Shown in pieces: positions 53,083-64,000 of a DNA stretch of 64,000 nt (position 1 is its first letter; every line of letters starts with the position of its first letter). The notes beneath the pieces were generated by a model. The model did not search any database. It had not been told where the DNA came from and was given only the letters and a program-made list of their open reading frames with translations. The DNA is from Myxococcota bacterium (GTDB taxonomy: Bacteria > Myxococcota_A > UBA9042 > PHBI01 > JAWLBL01): the NCBI GenBank assembly GCA_041687695.1, contig JAWLBL010000014.1, positions 32,001 to 96,000 of the forward strand. The letters are read 5' to 3'. The position numbers and the translations under genes were made by a program.

Positions 53083-54675
53083 TCAGCGGTCTCCCTTGAT
53101 CTCGAGCCCCGGTCCCTTGGGCCGTCGCTTGGGCGTCTTCGGGCGCGCCGGCTTGTCGGCCTCGGCCCCGGCCGTCGCGCTGGCCTCGCCGGCCGCCTCG
53201 CCCTCGGGCTCGGGCGGGGGCGCCGGCGTCAGCCGCAGGCGCACGACCACCTCGCTGCCCTCGGTGTCGCGCTGCACGACCGTCTCGGTCAGGAACCCTT
53301 CCTTGCGCAGCGTGAACCGCGCGCCATCGGCCAGCGCGGAGCGCTCCACCGGGTGCTTGAGCGGCGTCGGGCCCAGCTTGCGCTCGCCCTCGTAGACGTC
53401 GGCCCCTTCGGGGGTGGTGTGGAAGACGACCACCAGCGGCCGGGCCTCGGCCTCGGGCGCGGGCGGGTCCGGTTGGGCCGCGATCGCGGCCGTGGGCGGC
53501 TCGGGCGCAGCGGTTGGCGCCTCGGCGACCGTCGGCGGCGCCACCTCGGCCGGCGTCGACGGGGTGGCCTCGGCCGCGGGCCGCGTGCTGGCCCAATAGG
53601 CCGCCCCGCCGCCCAGCGCCAGCAGCCCCGCGGCGACCAGCGCCCAGGGCGTCCTCCGCGCCGCGGCCGGCGGCGTCACGCGCGACGCGCCCGCGATGCC
53701 CGTCGTCGCCTCGTCCGGCTCGCGGGCCTGCGGCGGCGTCCAGGGCGCCGCCGTCCGGTCGGTCTTCGCGTTGGCCAGCGCCTCGAGCAGCGCCTCCATG
53801 GAGGGGAAGCGGTCGGCAGGGCTCTTGTGCAGGCACCGCATCACCAGCGCCTCGAGCGAGCCCGGCAGCTCGAGCCCGGGCCGCACGAAGCGGAAGGCCG
53901 GCGGCCGCTTGGTCATGTGCCCCAGGATGATGTCGCTGTGATCCTGGCTGCCCTCGGCCCGCACGAAGGGCGGCCGGCCGGTCAGCATCTCGTACATCAC
54001 GACGCCCAGGGCGTAGACGTCGCTGCGCAGATCGACCGGGGCCCCGACGAACTGCTCGGGCGGCATGTACAGGGGGGTGCCCACGATGGCGCCCTCCTGG
54101 GTCACGTCCTCGCCCATGCGGTCGTCGAGGGTCTTGACCAGCCCGAAGTCGACGACCTTGACGTAGTCGGGGTCGCCGCCGCGCGGCACGAGCAACACGT
54201 TGCCCGGCTTGAGATCCCGGTGGACCACCCCGGCGGCGTGCGCCTCGGCGAGCGAGCCGGCGATCTGGCGAGCGATGTGCAGGACCCGGTCCACCTCGAG
54301 CGGCGCCTCGGCCCGGATGAGGTCGGCCAGCGTGCGCCCGTCGAGGAACTCCATCACGAGGAAGAAGCCGGCGCCGTCCGGCAGCGCGCCGTAGTCGTGG
54401 ATGGTCACGGTGTTCGGGTGCGCCAGCTTGCTGCTGACGCTGGCCTCACGGAAGAAGCGCTTCTCGTGCCGGGCGAGCGTGTCGGCGTCGCGCTCGCGAG
54501 GGGCCAGCACCTTGATGGCGACCGAGCGTCCGAGCGGCTCCTGGGTGCCGCGGTAGACCTGCCCGATGCCGCCGCGCGCGATGGCCGACTCGACCCGGTA
54601 CTTGCCGTCGAGCAGCCGCCCGACGAGCGGGTCGCGCCCGCCGGCCTCATCGTCCTGGGGGATGTCCTCGGCCAT
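53083..54675 (-). CDS. Membrane-anchored Ser/Thr protein kinase with PEGA domain
   Basis: GGIGQVY, VAIK, HRDLKPGN, DFG, GTPLYMPPEQ, DVYALG; TM helix; HTTPEGADVY..LGPTPL. Confidence 0.93.
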   Translation of the reverse strand: MAEDIPQDDEAGGRDPLVGRLLDGKYRVESAIARGGIGQVYRGTQEPLGRSVAIKVLAPRERDADTLARHEKRFFREASVSSKLAHPNTVTIHDYGALPDGAGFFLVMEFLDGRTLADLIRAEAPLEVDRVLHIARQIAGSLAEAHAAGVVHRDLKPGNVLLVPRGGDPDYVKVVDFGLVKTLDDRMGEDVTQEGAIVGTPLYMPPEQFVGAPVDLRSDVYALGVVMYEMLTGRPPFVRAEGSQDHSDIILGHMTKRPPAFRFVRPGLELPGSLEALVMRCLHKSPADRFPSMEALLEALANAKTDRTAAPWTPPQAREPDEATTGIAGASRVTPPAAARRTPWALVAAGLLALGGGAAYWASTRPAAEATPSTPAEVAPPTVAEAPTAAPEPPTAAIAAQPDPPAPEAEARPLVVVFHTTPEGADVYEGERKLGPTPLKHPVERSALADGARFTLRKEGFLTETVVQRDTEGSEVVVRLRLTPAPPPEPEGEAAGEASATAGAEADKPARPKTPKRRPKGPGLEIKGDR

Positions 54676-54856
54676 CTGCCCGCCCGCTGCGACGCCCTGG
54701 TGGGTGCGCGGTGGCCCGCGCCGGGCGAAGCCTACGACGCCGAAGCGCCGCGAGTCCAATACCGGCGCGCCGCGCGCCGCTTCGGCGCGATCATCGAAGG
54801 CACGCCCATTGGTGCGAAGGTCGCGATTTGCTAGCTTGGCGTCACCGGAGGGAGAC

Positions 54857-60493
<5,637 letters not shown>

Positions 60494-60573
60494 CGTCGAC
60501 TTGGCGGCGGCGGGGTCGCGTGGTAAGGCACGCGACCCCGAACCGCATTCGTTCACGCATCCCGAGGTCGCCC

Positions 60574-62148
60574 GTGCGTCGCGCGCTCCTGCTCCTGCTG
60601 TCCCTGTTCGTCGCCCTGCCCGCCTGTGACGCCGCCGACGAAGGCGCCGCCACCGAGGGCACGCCCGCCCAGGCCGTGCTGCCCGGCAAGGCCGACGACT
60701 ACCTGTCACCGACCTCGCGCGAGTACCTCCTGTGGGGCCTGGGCGAGCTGACCCTCGACGAGACCTGGGCCGACGCCGACCTCGGGGCCAAGGAGCAGCG
60801 CGTCCAGGAGCTGCTCGGCTACCAGCTCAAGGCCTACTCGCACTTCCTCAACGCCTTCGTGACCGACAAGACCAGCAGCGAAGCCACCCACGGCTACGGC
60901 GGGTTCTCGGGCCTGGTCCGCGGCACGACCGCCGACTGGGTCTACGAGCCCATCGACGAGGCCGGGCTGCTGTGGACGTTCATCTGGGAGATCGAGATGG
61001 GCGGGCCGCGCGATCTGCTCGATCGGCTGCCCATGCAGGTGCGCGGGGACGGCAGCCAGTATTTCGTCCTGCCGCTGCCCAAGCTCACCGAGTCGCAGCT
61101 GGTCGCCGGCAGCTACCCGCGCGACTTCGATCCGGCCAAGTACACGGGCGCGATGGACGACCTCGAGGTGCTCATCGACCCCGTGGGCGAGTCCATCGAC
61201 GCGTGGCCGGCCTACGACCGCCTGTTCGAGGACGGCACGCTCGACGTGATGATCGTCGTCGGCGGCGACTACAACGCCGAGCGCTACGACCTGCGCTCGG
61301 CCGAGAGCCACTTCGAGTGGCTCAAGAGCGCCGGGTTCAAGCACTCCGCGAAGGTGTGGACCGACCTGACCCTCGAGTCGGGGCCGTTCACCAGGACCTT
61401 GAAGGCGGGCGGCCGCTCGGTGGACGTCGCGATCACGCTGGTGCACCCGGACATCGTGCCCGACGCGCAGCTCGACCAGCTCCGCGCCGCCATCGTGGCC
61501 GCCTACCAGCAGATGGACGTGGTCATCTACGACGGCCACGCCGGCCTCGACCCCGACTACTCCGGCGTCGTCTACCACTACAACCCGCGCCGGGCGCTGT
61601 CGGCCAACGAGCTGGCCGAGCTCGAGCTGCCCGACAAGTACCAGGTCTACGTCTTCAACGGCTGCAAGACCTACAGCGCCTACCCCGAGGCGGTCTACCA
61701 GAACGCCACCAAGTCGACCGCCAACCTCGACGTCATCTCGACGGTCAGCTTCTCGTGGCTCAGCCAGCAGACCTTCACGACGTCGGGCCTGCTCTCTGAG
61801 CTGCTGGCGACTCGCTCGGGGACCCACGACCCGCGCACCTGGCTCGAGATCCTCAGCCAGATCAACCGCGCCAACAACTGGAACGTCTACTACGGCGTCC
61901 ACGGGCTCGACGACAACGCGCACCTCAACCCCTACACCGACACCGCCAGCCTGTGTCAGGCCTGCGCGCGCGACGCCGACTGCCCGGGCGAGGGCAACCG
62001 CTGCGTCGGTTTCTCGTGGGGCCGCGTGTGCGGGGCCGAGTGCACCGCCGACGACGGCTGCCCCGACGGCTACGTCTGCGCCGAGATCGCCGAGGGCCAC
62101 CAGATCACCGGCCGCCAGTGCCTGCCGGCCACCTACACCTGCGACTAG
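60574..62148 (+). CDS. Uncharacterised lipoprotein, possible clan CD (caspase-fold) cysteine peptidase, with Cys-rich C-terminus
   Basis: GTG with GAGG RBS; lipobox LPAC; GKAD motif; VVIYDGHAG...VFNGCKTY. Confidence 0.75.
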   Translation: MRRALLLLLSLFVALPACDAADEGAATEGTPAQAVLPGKADDYLSPTSREYLLWGLGELTLDETWADADLGAKEQRVQELLGYQLKAYSHFLNAFVTDKTSSEATHGYGGFSGLVRGTTADWVYEPIDEAGLLWTFIWEIEMGGPRDLLDRLPMQVRGDGSQYFVLPLPKLTESQLVAGSYPRDFDPAKYTGAMDDLEVLIDPVGESIDAWPAYDRLFEDGTLDVMIVVGGDYNAERYDLRSAESHFEWLKSAGFKHSAKVWTDLTLESGPFTRTLKAGGRSVDVAITLVHPDIVPDAQLDQLRAAIVAAYQQMDVVIYDGHAGLDPDYSGVVYHYNPRRALSANELAELELPDKYQVYVFNGCKTYSAYPEAVYQNATKSTANLDVISTVSFSWLSQQTFTTSGLLSELLATRSGTHDPRTWLEILSQINRANNWNVYYGVHGLDDNAHLNPYTDTASLCQACARDADCPGEGNRCVGFSWGRVCGAECTADDGCPDGYVCAEIAEGHQITGRQCLPATYTCD

Positions 62149-62152
62149 CCTT

Positions 62153-62482
62153 TCATGTGAGGTGAAGTTGGACGTAGCGCCGCAGGAGGTCGCGGTCTTC
62201 GGGCGTCATGCGCACAAAGCGCACGCCGATGTCCCGCGGCGGCCCGGCGTCGGCCCAGACCACCTCGCCGTCTACGTCGACGCTGGCGCTGCCCAGCTCG
62301 GGGAAGGTCAGGGTCAGGTACACGGGCGCGCCTACGTCCAGCATCTCGTGCACGCGCAGGCACACGCCGCCCAGGCTCAGGTTGTGGACCTCGTGATCCA
62401 GCACGACCTCGCGCGGCGAGCCGAAGTCGACCCGGGCGCGGCAGGTCACGCGCGGGTGACGGCGTTTTTCGACTTCGCTCAT
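62153..62482 (-). CDS. Stand-alone PilZ domain protein
   Basis: RRHPR (RxxxR), NLSLGG (D/NxSxxG), GEVVW, GVRF. Confidence 0.92.
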   Translation of the reverse strand: MSEVEKRRHPRVTCRARVDFGSPREVVLDHEVHNLSLGGVCLRVHEMLDVGAPVYLTLTFPELGSASVDVDGEVVWADAGPPRDIGVRFVRMTPEDRDLLRRYVQLHLT

Positions 62483-62539
62483 GCGGACGGCCTCGTCGCT
62501 TCCGGCGGCTCCCAGGACGATACGTGGAGCCCGCTCGGG

Positions 62540-63064
62540 TTGGCAAACGCAACCGAGGATCCCCACGCCACCACCAAGGCGGACGCGGCCGAGCCCCGCC
62601 TGCTGGCGATCGACCTGGGGCTGCGCACCGGCCTGGCCCTGTTCGGGCGCGACGGCCGCCTGCGCTGGACCCGCTCGCACAACCTGGGCAACCGCGCCCG
62701 CCTCAAGCGCGCGGCCCACAACATCCTGGCCGACGCCGGGTGGCCGCAGGTCGTGGTGGCCGAGGGCGACCGCGCCATCGGAGAGGCCTGGCTCGGCGAG
62801 GCCGCCCGCCGCGGGGCCCAGACGCGCCTCATCGGGGCCGAGGTCTGGCGCCAGCGCCTGCTGCTCCCCCGCGAGCGCGGCTCGGGCGCCGAGGCCAAGG
62901 CCGCCGCCATCCGTCACGCCCGCGACGTCATCGCCTGGTCGGGGGCGCCGCGCCCGCCCCGCCTCGGCCACGACGCCGCCGAGGCCATCCTGCTGGGCGT
63001 GTGGGCCGCCCTCGAGCTCGGCTGGCTGCCCACCTGGCCCCTCCCCGCGCCGCGCACCCCATGA
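62540..63064 (+). CDS. Small RNase H-fold (RuvC-like) hypothetical protein
   Basis: LLAIDLGLRTGLALF, VVVAEG, HDAAEAILLG; stop overlaps the PAP2 start. Start codon uncertain (TTG). Confidence 0.65.
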   Translation: MANATEDPHATTKADAAEPRLLAIDLGLRTGLALFGRDGRLRWTRSHNLGNRARLKRAAHNILADAGWPQVVVAEGDRAIGEAWLGEAARRGAQTRLIGAEVWRQRLLLPRERGSGAEAKAAAIRHARDVIAWSGAPRPPRLGHDAAEAILLGVWAALELGWLPTWPLPAPRTP

Positions 63065-63762
63065 CCCACCCTCAGCTCCCGAACGCGCCCCGGCGCGTCG
63101 TCCAGACCGCCGCCTACTGGTCCGTCCTGGCCGTCTGCGCCTTCCTCTTCGCCTACATGGCCCAAGGCGTCGCGGCCGACGAGCTCCGCGCCTTCGACGC
63201 CCGCTGGCTCCATCGCCTGGGCGCGCTGCACGGCTCGCACCTGGACGGCTTCTTCCTGGTCTTCACCCAGCTCGGCTCCGGCCTGTTCATCCTCGCCTTC
63301 ACCGTCGCCGCCGTCCTCGTCGCCTGGCCGCGCCGCCGCAGCGAGGCCCTGTTCATCGCCTTCGCCACCCTCGGCGCGGGCCTGCTCAACCACATCACCA
63401 AGCTGGCCTTCGCTCGGCCACGCCCCGCCGAACCGTTCACGCCCATCACCCAATCGGGCGGCTACGCCTTCCCCAGCGGCCACAGCATGGTCACCGCCGC
63501 CTTCCTGGTCGCGCTGGCGCTGACCCTCCACCACTTCCGACCGCGCTACCGGTGGGGCGTCTGGCCCGCGGCCCTCGCCGTCGTCGCCCTCATGGGCCTG
63601 TCGCGCGCCTACCTGCAGGTCCACTACCCCAGCGACGTCCTGGCGGGCTGGGCCTTCGGCGTCGCCTGGACCCTGGGCCTCAACGTCATCTTCGTCCGCT
63701 ACCGCCGCGAGGCCGGCGTCGCACCCCGAGACGGCGTCTCGGGACGGGACACCCATCCGTAG
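63061..63762 (+). CDS. PAP2-family phosphatase (undecaprenyl-PP phosphatase-like)
   Basis: KLAFARPRP, FPSGHS, SRAYLQVHYPSDVLAG. Confidence 0.94.
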   Translation: MTHPQLPNAPRRVVQTAAYWSVLAVCAFLFAYMAQGVAADELRAFDARWLHRLGALHGSHLDGFFLVFTQLGSGLFILAFTVAAVLVAWPRRRSEALFIAFATLGAGLLNHITKLAFARPRPAEPFTPITQSGGYAFPSGHSMVTAAFLVALALTLHHFRPRYRWGVWPAALAVVALMGLSRAYLQVHYPSDVLAGWAFGVAWTLGLNVIFVRYRREAGVAPRDGVSGRDTHP

Positions 63763-63825
63763 CAATGTGTGACCCCCTCACGGCGCGCTAGCGCCACGAG
63801 GCCGCCGCCGCTGGCCCGCCGCAAG

Positions 63826-63842
63826 TTGGCACGAGGTCTGCA
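63826..63842 (+). promoter_or_regulatory. Candidate sigma54 (-24/-12) promoter
   Basis: TTGGCACGAGGTCTGCA with correct GG-N10-GC spacing, 30 nt before ATG 63872. Confidence 0.6.
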
Positions 63843-63871
63843 CACCCCTCCGGCGTGACCCGGAGGGCCGG

Positions 63872-64000
63872 ATGACCTCGCCTGCACATGCGCCCCCACG
63901 CACAGCTCCCCCACTCCCAAGCTGTCGTGCGGCGACCATCCGGCCCTCCCCTTTTGCCGTCACCCTGTCCCTCGCCGCGGCGCTCGCCGGCTGCGACCTG
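63872..64000 (+). CDS. Start of a lipoprotein gene (runs off the window; not in the ORF track)
   Basis: GGAGG + ATG; open frame ending FAVTLSLAAALAGC-DL (lipobox LAGC). Confidence 0.6.
   Translation, partial: MTSPAHAPPRTAPPLPSCRAATIRPSPFAVTLSLAAALAGCDL

Noticed and set aside
62540..63064. TnpB/Cas12/IS-associated RuvC nuclease
   Set aside because: Only about 175 aa, with no Zn ribbon, transposon ends or adjacent array.

Overview
Very GC-rich bacterial chromosomal segment whose gene content points to a myxobacterium-like organism (Myxococcota): MYXO-CTERM-like surface proteins, PEGA-domain Ser/Thr kinases, Cys-rich lipoproteins and a stand-alone PilZ protein. About 44 plausible CDS. Recognisable genes include acnA, purE/purK, sohB, malQ, a treS-maltokinase fusion, nrfH/nrfA, a HAD-IG 5'-nucleotidase, srkA, a TolC/MFP/ABC export module, LysR/YceI, an S9 peptidase, a lytic transglycosylase and PAP2. 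I found no rRNA, tRNA, transposase, integrase or CRISPR-Cas. The most notable unexplained features are: (i) an intergenic array of 12 x 22-bp internally palindromic repeats (40334-40597); (ii) a kinase + TPR-PEGA-TonB-receptor pair, with a second paralogous kinase sharing a C-terminal L[DE]IKxDR tail, a candidate kinase-based trans-envelope signalling system; (iii) a lipoprotein with a clan-CD-like His/Cys dyad behind a giant Cys-rich repeat protein; (iv) a degenerate maltokinase domain on TreS; (v) three dispersed GGCCAC-type intergenic arrays; (vi) CXXCH-type NrfA. All calls come from motif recognition by eye; no database search was run.
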